Source: Candidatus Thalassarchaeaceae archaeon (GTDB taxonomy: Archaea; Thermoplasmatota; Poseidoniia; Poseidoniales; Thalassarchaeaceae). Taken from it: DNA of 40,097 nucleotides. The notes under the pieces were generated by a model. It ran no database searches and was not told the origin of the DNA. It saw only the letters and a program-made list of their open reading frames with translations. How positions within the stretch are numbered: the first letter of the stretch is position 1; the number at the start of each line of letters is the position of its first letter. The position numbers and the translations under genes are program-made. Shown here one piece after another: positions 1-7,939 of this stretch. The stretch covers positions 1 to 40,097 of the forward strand of contig CBFHYB010000002.1 in the NCBI GenBank assembly GCA_965659915.1, in the 5' to 3' direction.

Positions 1-290
1 TTGAATGGGGCATTCAAGTCAATAAACCAAATATTAGATCTCATGCCTTCAATGTATCCGATTACTAAATCACCGGGTCTAGGAAAGTAAGCAGTATGTA
101 CTGGTATAATTGAGATTTCACCGGATTTTTCAACCAAGTAACCAAGTTTGGTTGCTATCAATTCACCGTTCAATTTTATGACTCCGTGACCAAGTCGGTC
201 ACTTGTATCTGAACTAATTTTATCGCCGGGTATCACCAGGCTGCCGGATGCAGCCGAAGTGCGCCCATCCGAGGCGCCACTACTACTCAT
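1..290 (-). CDS. rrp4: Exosome complex RNA-binding subunit Rrp4, N-terminal part (3' end lies beyond the window edge)
   Basis: Not in the ORF track because it is open at the window edge. Minus-strand translation from ATG (290..288) is stop-free to nt 1: MSSSGASDGRTSAASGSLVIPGDKISSDTSDRLGHGVIKLNGELIATKLGYLVEKSGEISIIPVHTAYFPRPGDLVIGYIEGMRSNIWFIDLNAPF. The 'vPGD...G.G' N-terminal domain followed by 'Y.P.pGD.ViG......W.iD...P' matches the Rrp4 NTD and start of its S1 domain. Its position directly downstream of psmA-SBDS matches the archaeal exosome superoperon. Confidence 0.7.
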   Translation of the reverse strand, partial: MSSSGASDGRTSAASGSLVIPGDKISSDTSDRLGHGVIKLNGELIATKLGYLVEKSGEISIIPVHTAYFPRPGDLVIGYIEGMRSNIWFIDLNAPF

Positions 291-362
291 GTTTCTTCTC
301 CGAGCCGGCCGACCGGCCCATCATCTATAACCGTTGCATATTAAATGGCTAATTGAGTTGTT

Positions 363-1052
363 TCACTTCAACTCTTTTACCACAACATCAGAGGCTCTTT
401 TCCCCACTTTAGCGATGTAATCATTTTTCATCCCAGCAGGTATCTCTACAGTGAATGCCCAATCACCATTAGATAACCAATCTTCACGGAGAACATCCTC
501 ACGAACCAAGGCAAAAACCGAGCCATAATTAGTACCTCCAACTTTGAATGCTAACTTGACCGTCGTGAATGAAATAGGAATCAATTCCCTTATCATTGCG
601 ACCGCATCTTTAACTTGCTTTTCAACCGATTTGAATGGATCCGCCTTGAACCTAGCCTCAAGAAGAGCGTTCTCAACTCTCTGCGGAGGATGGGGAAGTT
701 TAGTTTGAGGGTCTATTCCCAGCATACAAATATCAGCAATAACCTGTCTTGTTTTTTCCTGAATCATTTTTTTCCGTTGTTCAGTAGTGAGTTGAATACT
801 CCCTTCCAAAATAATTTTCTCAACACATGTTGCTAACTCTGTTGTTCCAAATACTCCCTCTAATTTTTCACTAGTGGGTCTCTCTCCATTCTTGACATCA
901 TGCCAAACCTCGTCAGTGGCCAACAAATCATCAAGCTCCACACTACTTTGGTCTTCTTTCCATTGGTGAACCAAATCAGGGTCAACCAACACCTCATACC
1001 TCTTTCCGCCTCTTTCAAAACGGGCGATAATAGCATCATCCATACTAACCAT
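363..1052 (-). CDS. sdo1: SBDS/Sdo1-family ribosome maturation protein
   Basis: MVSMDDAIIARFERGGKRYEVLVDPDLVHQWKED... is the typical archaeal SBDS N-terminus. I chose the ATG at 1052, which is preceded by the SD-like tGGAGAt. The longest ORF starts at 1112, where its ATG overlaps the psmA stop as ATGA; this remains an alternative start. Confidence 0.85.
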   Translation of the reverse strand: MVSMDDAIIARFERGGKRYEVLVDPDLVHQWKEDQSSVELDDLLATDEVWHDVKNGERPTSEKLEGVFGTTELATCVEKIILEGSIQLTTEQRKKMIQEKTRQVIADICMLGIDPQTKLPHPPQRVENALLEARFKADPFKSVEKQVKDAVAMIRELIPISFTTVKLAFKVGGTNYGSVFALVREDVLREDWLSNGDWAFTVEIPAGMKNDYIAKVGKRASDVVVKELK

Positions 1053-1108
1053 GAGGGTATCTCCAAGATGAGCGAGGAGGGAGGATGCGCATAGCATCTT
1101 CGCAGTAA

Positions 1109-1834
1109 TCATTCATCATTTGCAGGTAACTTGTCAATATGAGCAATTGTTTCTTCTTGGTCCATCAATCGGAATCCATCTTTGTTAAGTACTGCAATCT
1201 GAACAGCATTCTTGTTCAAATCACCATCATCCAAAGATGAGCGAAGTGCTTCTAATCCAAGTTTTACTGCTGCGTTTTGAGTCATGTTCTTCTTCCATTT
1301 ATTCTCAAAAAATTCAACAACTGAATTTCGTCCTCTTCCTACTGCACCCGCCTGATAGGATTGGTATGCACCACTTGGGTCAGTTTCGTATAGGTGGATT
1401 CCGTTTTCATCTACTCCAGCAATCAAAAGTGCTGTTCCAAATGGTCTAGTCCCGCCATACTGTGTGAATGATTGTTTAAAATTGCAGATTTTCTTTGTCA
1501 AAATATCCACTGGAACTTTGTCGCTATAGGTGATTCGGTTAATTTGACATTCTGCACGAGCCCTTGCAACAAGTTGTCGTGCATCGGCTACAAGCCCTGA
1601 TGTTGCAAATCCTATGTGATCATCAATTTTGTAGACTTTATCAATTGATTCTGGGATAATTAACCGACTAGCAATTCGCTTGTCAACAATCAATAATACC
1701 CCGCCGCGATACTTCAATCCAACTGTTGTAGTACCTCTTTTTACAGATTCTCTTGCATATTCAACTTGAAACAATCTGCCATCAGGACTGAATGTTGTGA
1801 TTCCATGGTCGTATCCTCTTCCGCTTGGTTGCAT
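1109..1834 (-). CDS. psmA: Proteasome subunit alpha
   Basis: N-terminus MQPSGRGYDHGITTFSPDGRLFQVEYARESVKRGTTTVGLK is the hallmark 20S alpha-subunit motif (YD..iT.FSPdGRLfQVEYA). Length is 241 aa, with SD-like AGGTGA upstream. Confidence 0.95.
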   Translation of the reverse strand: MQPSGRGYDHGITTFSPDGRLFQVEYARESVKRGTTTVGLKYRGGVLLIVDKRIASRLIIPESIDKVYKIDDHIGFATSGLVADARQLVARARAECQINRITYSDKVPVDILTKKICNFKQSFTQYGGTRPFGTALLIAGVDENGIHLYETDPSGAYQSYQAGAVGRGRNSVVEFFENKWKKNMTQNAAVKLGLEALRSSLDDGDLNKNAVQIAVLNKDGFRLMDQEETIAHIDKLPANDE

Positions 1835-1945
1835 CTGCTCACCTAAGCCCGGCTGTCGGACGGACTCTTATGAACCTTGAGAACCGAGAATCACAATCTA
1901 AAGCATCGCCCACTTCTTTTTCACCCACTACATCATGCGCCATTC

Positions 1946-2728
1946 ATGCGAGTCATTGTGCTATCATCTGGAGGTAAAGATTCGTGTTACTCAGTTTGGT
2001 GGGCTTTGATGAAAGGATGGGATGTTGCTGGTATCGTCACCATCAACGTTACAGGACAAGATTCAATGATGTTCCAAGTGCCAGCAACTTCAATTGCAGG
2101 ATTGCAGGCTAGTTCAGGTAATATACCATGGTTACAAATTGATGTGAGCGGAGATGAGGATACTGAAATCGCTGAACTTGAGGTTAATTTAAGGCCAATT
2201 ATTGAAGGTGGGAATTCTCAAACCCCTAACCAGAATTGGACAAGCCAAGAAACATCAGAAATTTTCAATTACAGGTTGAATATTACTCAACCCATAGCCA
2301 AACTTGTGCCAAATAAAACGATTGATGCCATTGTAACTGGTGCATTACGAAGTGATTACCAAAAAACTAGGATTGAACAGATGGCACAGCGACTCGGAGT
2401 CAAATCATTTTGTCCTCTATGGCATCATAATGCACAGAATCATATGCGCGACCTTGTACATCACGGATTTGAATTATTGTTTAGTTCAGTTTCTTGTGAT
2501 GGGTTAGACCAAAGCTGGGTCGGGAAAACACTGGATAGAAAGAGTTTGAAAGAATTAGAATTACTGGCTAAACAACACCGTTTTTCAGTTGATGGAGAAG
2601 GTGGTGAGTTTGAAACTACTATACTAAAAAGCCCCTGGATGGATAAAAAAATATGCATAAATGGGGATACGGTTTGGTCAAGGCAACGGGGTCATTTATT
2701 GATTAATGACGTTACTTTTGCTGAGTAA
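1946..2728 (+). CDS. Diphthine-ammonia ligase (Dph6-like, MJ0570-family PP-loop ATPase)
   Basis: MRVIVLSSGGKDSCYSVWWAL carries the SGGKDS PP-loop. GALRSDYQKTRIE, PLWHH and GEGGEFETTILKSPW match MJ0570/Dph6-family motifs. The ATG at 1946 fits the family N-terminus; the longest ORF begins at a TTG at 1877. Confidence 0.8.
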   Translation: MRVIVLSSGGKDSCYSVWWALMKGWDVAGIVTINVTGQDSMMFQVPATSIAGLQASSGNIPWLQIDVSGDEDTEIAELEVNLRPIIEGGNSQTPNQNWTSQETSEIFNYRLNITQPIAKLVPNKTIDAIVTGALRSDYQKTRIEQMAQRLGVKSFCPLWHHNAQNHMRDLVHHGFELLFSSVSCDGLDQSWVGKTLDRKSLKELELLAKQHRFSVDGEGGEFETTILKSPWMDKKICINGDTVWSRQRGHLLINDVTFAE

Positions 2729-2783
2729 TGCGGGCGTTATCCTCAAACCAAAGCCCCCTCTCGGCCGAGTTGAGGATACCTCA

Positions 2784-4133
2784 ATGCCACTCTGTCCACT
2801 TGATTATCGGTATGGCCGCGACGCTGTCAAAGACATATGGTCTGACCTTGGTCGACACTCTCGACAACTTGAAGTTGAACGAGCGTTAATATGGGCACAC
2901 AAAGAACTTGGGAAAGTCTCACAATCAGACTATGATGCCGTTGCAGCAATCTCTAACCCTGAAATTGTCACCAAGGAAAGAGTAGAAGAAATTGAGGCTG
3001 AAACAAAACACGACATAATGGCGCTCACCAAAGCAATGGCAGAGAAAGCTGGAGATGCGGGATGGTGTATTCACCTTGGCGCTACATCTAACGATATTGT
3101 TGATACAGCAGTAGCGTTACAAATCAGAGATTCAATTGATCAACAAACTCAGATAATTTCAACATTAATTTCAACCATTGCTGATTTGGCGGAAAGAGAG
3201 AGAGACACCGTTTGCCTCGGGCGCACTCATGGACAAGCAGCCGTCCCAATCACTTTTGGATTGAAGGTAGCGGTTTGGGTAGATGAATTTAGACGACATC
3301 TTATTCGACTTCAGGAACTTACTCCAAGAGTATGTGTTGGAAAATTCCTGGGTGCTGTTGGAACCGGAGCAGCACAAGGTGAACACGCAAGGGAATTACA
3401 GGCACATATCATGACTCACTTGGGCCTAGGGATTCCCCTAGTGACTACCCAAGTTGTAGGCCGGGACCGATATATTGAGTGGGTTTCTTGGATGGCAAAT
3501 GTAGCAACCAGTGTTGAAAAAGTGTTGCAGGAAATTAGAAATCTTCAGCGAACTGAAATCGCAGAAGTTGGTGAATATTTTGATGTTGAAAAGCAAGTTG
3601 GTTCCTCTACCATGGCTCACAAGCGAAACCCAATTACTGCTGAAAATGCCTGTGGCTTGGCTCGCGTAGTTAGAGCAATGATGTTACCAACATGGGAAAA
3701 TGCCCTTCTTTGGCATGAACGTGATTTAGCCAATTCCAGCGCTGAGAGATTCACTCTTTCACACTCAGTTGTTCTTTTGGATGATGTATTATCAAAATGT
3801 GATCGTGTATTGGGTAAACTAGTAGTCGACAAAGACAACATGTTACGCAACATCAATTCACAAAACGGGTTAGTCATGGCTGAAAAAGTCATGATTGCTC
3901 TAGTTGAAAACGGAATACCAAGAGATGAGGCACATGAAGTGCTTCGTTCTGCCTCAATGGAATCCCTACAGAAAGGTGTACACTTAGAGGATATTTGTGC
4001 GATGACACCAACTATTGCAGCAGCATTTGATGGAGATGAACTTCACGCTTTGTTTGATCCTAATAGCCATCTAGGGGTTTCAGCAGAATTAGTTGATGAA
4101 GCTGTAGCACTGGCCCGCGCTGCCATCAAGTGA
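2784..4133 (+). CDS. purB: Adenylosuccinate lyase
   Basis: MPLCPLDYRYGRD is a PurB N-terminus, and GSSTMAHKRNP is the fumarate-lyase signature. GATSNDIVDTA and TQVVGRDR are also present. The ATG at 2784 is preceded by the SD-like GAGGAT. Confidence 0.92.
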   Translation: MPLCPLDYRYGRDAVKDIWSDLGRHSRQLEVERALIWAHKELGKVSQSDYDAVAAISNPEIVTKERVEEIEAETKHDIMALTKAMAEKAGDAGWCIHLGATSNDIVDTAVALQIRDSIDQQTQIISTLISTIADLAERERDTVCLGRTHGQAAVPITFGLKVAVWVDEFRRHLIRLQELTPRVCVGKFLGAVGTGAAQGEHARELQAHIMTHLGLGIPLVTTQVVGRDRYIEWVSWMANVATSVEKVLQEIRNLQRTEIAEVGEYFDVEKQVGSSTMAHKRNPITAENACGLARVVRAMMLPTWENALLWHERDLANSSAERFTLSHSVVLLDDVLSKCDRVLGKLVVDKDNMLRNINSQNGLVMAEKVMIALVENGIPRDEAHEVLRSASMESLQKGVHLEDICAMTPTIAAAFDGDELHALFDPNSHLGVSAELVDEAVALARAAIK

Positions 4134-4350
4134 TAAGCATCAATCCACCGAGCACTAATCCTGTGCACGTTGCAGTTATTACGAGCAGGAGAATCATTGC
4201 TTGAGGCCCATACTGATTCTTGTCTAACAAAGCAGTACCAATCAAGCCATGAGTGCGTAATGCACCTCGCAAACCACCATCAATTTCCTCAAATGCTGGG
4301 AGTGAACGACGAGGGATTCTCTCTCCATCCCGACTACTGCTCATAGGCAC
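4126..4350 (-). CDS. Hypothetical small protein with a C-terminal TM segment (tail-anchored topology)
   Basis: 74-aa ORF with a charged N-terminal half and a hydrophobic C-terminus (AMILLLVITATCTGLVLGGLMLIT). It is the only ORF filling an otherwise 229-nt gap in a very compact region. No family was recognised. Its start lies only 12 nt from the divergent 4363 start, so one of these two start calls may be wrong. Confidence 0.35.
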   Translation of the reverse strand: MPMSSSRDGERIPRRSLPAFEEIDGGLRGALRTHGLIGTALLDKNQYGPQAMILLLVITATCTGLVLGGLMLIT

Positions 4351-4362
4351 CCCACATAGTGA

Positions 4363-5013
4363 ATGGTCATAGCAATTACCGAAGAATGTATGGTTTTCAA
4401 ACTAAGTGTTCAAAAACCTCCAAACAAGCCAATCACCGTGGCCCTCCCAGAATTACCCCCTATTACGCACTTGGCAGTGGGTGAAGGCTGTGGTGGAACT
4501 TCGTTAGCATTACAATATGCGCGGGATGCTTTGATTAATGGTGGAAGGGTGATTTGGGTTTGCGAAAAAACACCTGATTCGCAAAGATTTAGCCAGATTC
4601 TCAGTGATGTAGATGTTGTTTCATTAGCAAAATTCCACATGATGGAGTGTGGCGAAGTAATCGCAGGTGGAGTCTTGACTGCAGGAAAACTAGCCGAAAG
4701 ATTAACTCCACAATTATTTGTGATTGATGATTGGACTCCAAGAACAGGGCAACCAGACAGGTTAGCGATTTCTGCAATTGAAACAATTTGCAAAATTCTT
4801 GAATCAACAGAATGTAAGTTACTAATTACTTCTGCACTTTATAGTGACGCTAGTGGTAAGCAACAATGGAAAACCCGCGGTAAAAATTTACTTGAACATC
4901 TCACACCAACTAATTGGCGGCTAACAATTACAGAAGGCGGATTACAAAAAAGGACTCTTCTTGCTGAAGAAGAGACGATTCAACTCCAAATTAATGATGA
5001 AGGGTTTAGTTGA
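4363..5013 (+). CDS. RecA/KaiC-superfamily-like protein with a degenerate P-loop
   Basis: HLAVGEGCGGTSLALQYARDALINGGRVIWVCEKTPDSQRF resembles the KaiC/RadB-type Walker A region and following strand, but reads G-E-G-C-G-G-T-S with no lysine. QLFVIDDW is Walker-B-like, and KLLITSALYSDASG resembles the following strand. An alternative start is the ATG at 4390. Confidence 0.55.
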   Translation: MVIAITEECMVFKLSVQKPPNKPITVALPELPPITHLAVGEGCGGTSLALQYARDALINGGRVIWVCEKTPDSQRFSQILSDVDVVSLAKFHMMECGEVIAGGVLTAGKLAERLTPQLFVIDDWTPRTGQPDRLAISAIETICKILESTECKLLITSALYSDASGKQQWKTRGKNLLEHLTPTNWRLTITEGGLQKRTLLAEEETIQLQINDEGFS

Positions 5014-5016
5014 GTA

Positions 5017-5280
5017 TTAGTCCTCTTCATACTCAATTCCTTGAGCTTCTGCAGCAGATGACAACAACTCACCCATTTCATCAAGAGCATCATCATCTGG
5101 TTCATTGAATTGGTCCGGATCTTTTGCTTTGCCACCTAATTCATCTGAACCTGCAATCACAGGAGCATTGTCGGCAATTATCGATTGTTGATTACGCTTA
5201 ATCATCTTGATAATGAGGTATGCTAAGGCTCCTGAAGCCATTAACAACAGAACATATGCTATTGATACTGAATCAACCAT
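5017..5280 (-). CDS. Hypothetical small membrane protein (N-terminal TM, acidic C-terminal tail)
   Basis: 87 aa. SIAYVLLLMASGALAYLIIKMIKR is a TM segment followed by basic residues, then a strongly acidic tail ending GIEYEED. It lies 26 nt downstream of tiaS on the same strand. Confidence 0.5.
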   Translation of the reverse strand: MVDSVSIAYVLLLMASGALAYLIIKMIKRNQQSIIADNAPVIAGSDELGGKAKDPDQFNEPDDDALDEMGELLSSAAEAQGIEYEED

Positions 5281-5306
5281 GAGGTGCCGAGACGACCTCT
5301 CCTCAA

Positions 5307-6551
5307 TTACCCCTTCGCTTGTCGGTTCAGAGGTTTGGCCAAATGTCGGCGATTAGAACTAGGCGGTTCCACCCATTGGTCGATTGATTCAAATCCCGTA
5401 TTTACCCACACCGACTCTTCATTAGCACCACATTGCTCACAACGTAATGGCTGCCCAATACCCTGGCGGCATAATTTACCACCACATTGACAATTAGGGC
5501 GAGAAAGTTGACGTGGCACCCCATCTGAACACATTAAGGATTCCAAATGAAATTCGCCATTAGGCGAAATAAGGGCCCTCCATTTTACTAAATCCCCCAC
5601 AACAAGAGATTTCAGTAAGCGATTCACTTCCCCTCCTTGTTTGAAGGCAACTAAAGTGCATTGTTTCTCCCCGTCAAACACACCAAGGGATGCATGCCCA
5701 CCCTTTACTTCTCTAACTTTTGAAATTACCATTCCAGAGCCGGTGTTCTGAATGTGGTCATCTGTTGCTTGATTACTTCGATGAACACGCATAGCAAATG
5801 CCTGTTCCACATCTTCATTAGACTGTAACCAATTATGTGCTTGCTCAGCAATTGAACTATCCTCCGACCTAATCCCATATAGAACGGGGCACGGAGTCCT
5901 AGGGGCAATTAGCGAATCACCAGCATTTGGGTCCCGATTAAGAATAGTTTTAGGGAATTTGTCGGACATCTCTCCAACCAAAATACTCGGAACTTTGCGA
6001 GTTTTGCCAATGTTTTCAGCCATTCTCCAAGCAGTTGCTTCCCAAGTCCAATCATTTTCACCCCTCCAAGCAATTGCGCTTGAAGCACCTACTAATCCTC
6101 TTGTCAAAAAAGGTGAATCTGAATCATCTTCTTTTGACCAAAACCTAGCTGAAGGAAAAGATGATACATCATTTATTCTATTGCCGGGATCAACATAACC
6201 TCTTACTGCATTCCAATACCATTCTTCAGGAAACCTAGTTTCTGTAAAAACCAAGACTGGGCTAGCAGATTCTGAAATAACATCATTTTTGGATGATTTA
6301 ATTGAATTATACTGTTTGTTGAACCAATTTTCTAGAATATCAGAAATACCATTTGATGAAGATTGGACTTCAGCAGAAAGAGCGGCATTGCCTCTTGTTC
6401 TTTCAGGTGCAAACGGCCACAACCTCACCAAATTAGGGTGACCGACAATAGTGAAACCGCATTCTTCTAAATGAGTTAACAGAAGGTGGAAATCCCAAGT
6501 GGTACACCCACCATCAAGGGAGTCGGTATCATCAAGACCAATCCAAGCCAT
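5307..6551 (-). CDS. tiaS: tRNA(Ile2) 2-agmatinylcytidine synthetase TiaS
   Basis: MAWIGLDDTDSLDGGCTTWDF and PNLVRLWPFAPERTRGNAALS match the TiaS N-terminal kinase-like domain (iGiDDTDS..gMCTTy, RLnPniP.KTRGNgA). A C-terminal Cys-rich zinc ribbon is present (CQCGGKLCRQGIGQPLRCEQCG). The ATG at 6551 avoids overlap with the upstream gene. Confidence 0.8.
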   Translation of the reverse strand: MAWIGLDDTDSLDGGCTTWDFHLLLTHLEECGFTIVGHPNLVRLWPFAPERTRGNAALSAEVQSSSNGISDILENWFNKQYNSIKSSKNDVISESASPVLVFTETRFPEEWYWNAVRGYVDPGNRINDVSSFPSARFWSKEDDSDSPFLTRGLVGASSAIAWRGENDWTWEATAWRMAENIGKTRKVPSILVGEMSDKFPKTILNRDPNAGDSLIAPRTPCPVLYGIRSEDSSIAEQAHNWLQSNEDVEQAFAMRVHRSNQATDDHIQNTGSGMVISKVREVKGGHASLGVFDGEKQCTLVAFKQGGEVNRLLKSLVVGDLVKWRALISPNGEFHLESLMCSDGVPRQLSRPNCQCGGKLCRQGIGQPLRCEQCGANEESVWVNTGFESIDQWVEPPSSNRRHLAKPLNRQAKG

Positions 6552-6591
6552 TGGTGTTGGGCGCGTGGCGGTAGCACTTGAGGGCGTCGTT

Positions 6592-7236
6592 TCAGAGGCT
6601 GTCGCCAGAGTCTGAGAAATCGAGTACGCGTTCAATTACATCCTCAACTCCAATATTTTGATCGCAGCGGAATGTCCTCACGCCGTGATTCAATCCAGCT
6701 TTCATATCTGCCATACGGTCACCAACCATGAATGAATTACCTTCATCTCTCGAGACATAATCCATCCCGTAGTCAAATTCCGAGAGGGCTTTATCCATTT
6801 CAGTAGCATCAATAATTTGCCGACCTACTTGCAACATCCCAGGATTGCCCTTACGAGCCCAAGCATTACTCCAAGGAACATAGGGGCTGTATAGAATGAC
6901 ATCGAGATGGGCATCTTCATTTTCTTCAAGCAGTATTCTTTGAAGGGCTGAATTAACCTCAGCAAGCCTTTCGTGACCCCACAAACCCCTACCTACTGGT
7001 GATTGATTTGTCACTATACAAATTCTAAATCCTGCATTCCTTATTCTTGCAACAGCAGATGCGGCACCAGGTAATACCTCTAATTCGTCAACTGAATTGA
7101 TGTAATCCTCACTGCCAACATTTAGGACTCCATCGCGGTCAAGGTATGCAATTTCACCCCCCCATGTTTGGTTGTTAGGTAATGGAGGGAATTTGGCTAA
7201 GTCAGTTAACTTAGACAAGTGACGTGATGGTAACAT
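6592..7236 (-). CDS. gmhB: HAD-IIIA phosphatase, D-glycero-D-manno-heptose-1,7-bisphosphate phosphatase (GmhB)-like
   Basis: YLDRDGVLN (motif I), IVTNQSPVGRG (motif II), RKGNPGML (the RKP.PGM equivalent) and MVGDRMADMKAG (motif IV). It sits 12 nt downstream of the gmhA-like gene. Confidence 0.7.
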   Translation of the reverse strand: MLPSRHLSKLTDLAKFPPLPNNQTWGGEIAYLDRDGVLNVGSEDYINSVDELEVLPGAASAVARIRNAGFRICIVTNQSPVGRGLWGHERLAEVNSALQRILLEENEDAHLDVILYSPYVPWSNAWARKGNPGMLQVGRQIIDATEMDKALSEFDYGMDYVSRDEGNSFMVGDRMADMKAGLNHGVRTFRCDQNIGVEDVIERVLDFSDSGDSL

Positions 7237-7248
7237 GTAAAATTCGCC

Positions 7249-7833
7249 TCATGAATGACTTGGAAGATTTCTTTCTAATTTTACGGCTTCCTTCACCATG
7301 TGATTAATAATCAGTTGTAAATCCTCAATTCTCTCCATTGAAGTAGTTTCACAAATGATGGCTACATCCACCATTTGTGCTAATTTACCCCCTGCACCAT
7401 TTTTGTAATTCCCAGTGATTGCGGCCGTTCTACAACCAATCTCTATGGCTTTGACCATACCATTCAAAACATTCTCTGAGTTACCAGAACCACTGTATCC
7501 AACTACTAAATCACCGGCTTTTGCCCAAGTACCAAGAGCGCCGGCAAAGATGTTACCATATCCAGTATCATTTGCCCAAGCTGTTAATGAAGCGGTATTG
7601 TCTGTGTGGCAAACAGTCTTGACACCCAATTCTTTACTCCAATCTCCTGCAGAATGAGAAGGGGTCGCTGCAGAACCACCATTTCCTATGAAATGAATTG
7701 TACCGCCGTTGTCCATCACTGAAAGGATTTCATTGGTTAATTGATTCAAATCCGCTTGATTGAGGGCGTTAATAGCACCAATTAAATCGCCTTTATACGC
7801 CTCTAAAAATACTGAAAAGTCGTAGTTCTCCAT
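7249..7833 (-). CDS. gmhA: SIS-domain phosphoheptose isomerase (GmhA)-like
   Basis: IHFIGNGGSAATPSHSAGDW, ANDTGYGNIFAGAL, GDLVVGYSGSGNSENV and ERIEDLQLIINHMV parallel the E. coli GmhA motifs. The ATG at 7833 (MENYDF...) is preferred over the TTG at 7848. Confidence 0.75.
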   Translation of the reverse strand: MENYDFSVFLEAYKGDLIGAINALNQADLNQLTNEILSVMDNGGTIHFIGNGGSAATPSHSAGDWSKELGVKTVCHTDNTASLTAWANDTGYGNIFAGALGTWAKAGDLVVGYSGSGNSENVLNGMVKAIEIGCRTAAITGNYKNGAGGKLAQMVDVAIICETTSMERIEDLQLIINHMVKEAVKLERNLPSHS

Positions 7834-7939
7834 GTCACCACTGAGCAATCGCTGACGGACAGCCTATTTACGACTTGTTGAACCGCGACAATACAAATAG
7901 GTGACTTAAACTACCATTAAACACGGGAGGGAACGATAA

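Noticed and set aside
304-317. GC-rich mini-palindrome gccgg-ccga-ccggc between the SBDS stop and the rrp4 start.
   Set aside because: It has only a 5-bp stem in a 72-nt spacer, which is too weak to call a regulatory element or terminator by eye.
5017-5280. Apparent similarity between the acidic tail of the 87-aa miniprotein (DDALDEMGELLS) and the tail of the partial giant protein (IDAEELGLDELS, about 35430..35470).
   Set aside because: Both are short, low-complexity Asp/Glu/Leu stretches. The match needs a shift and could easily be compositional, so it is not reported as a shared motif.
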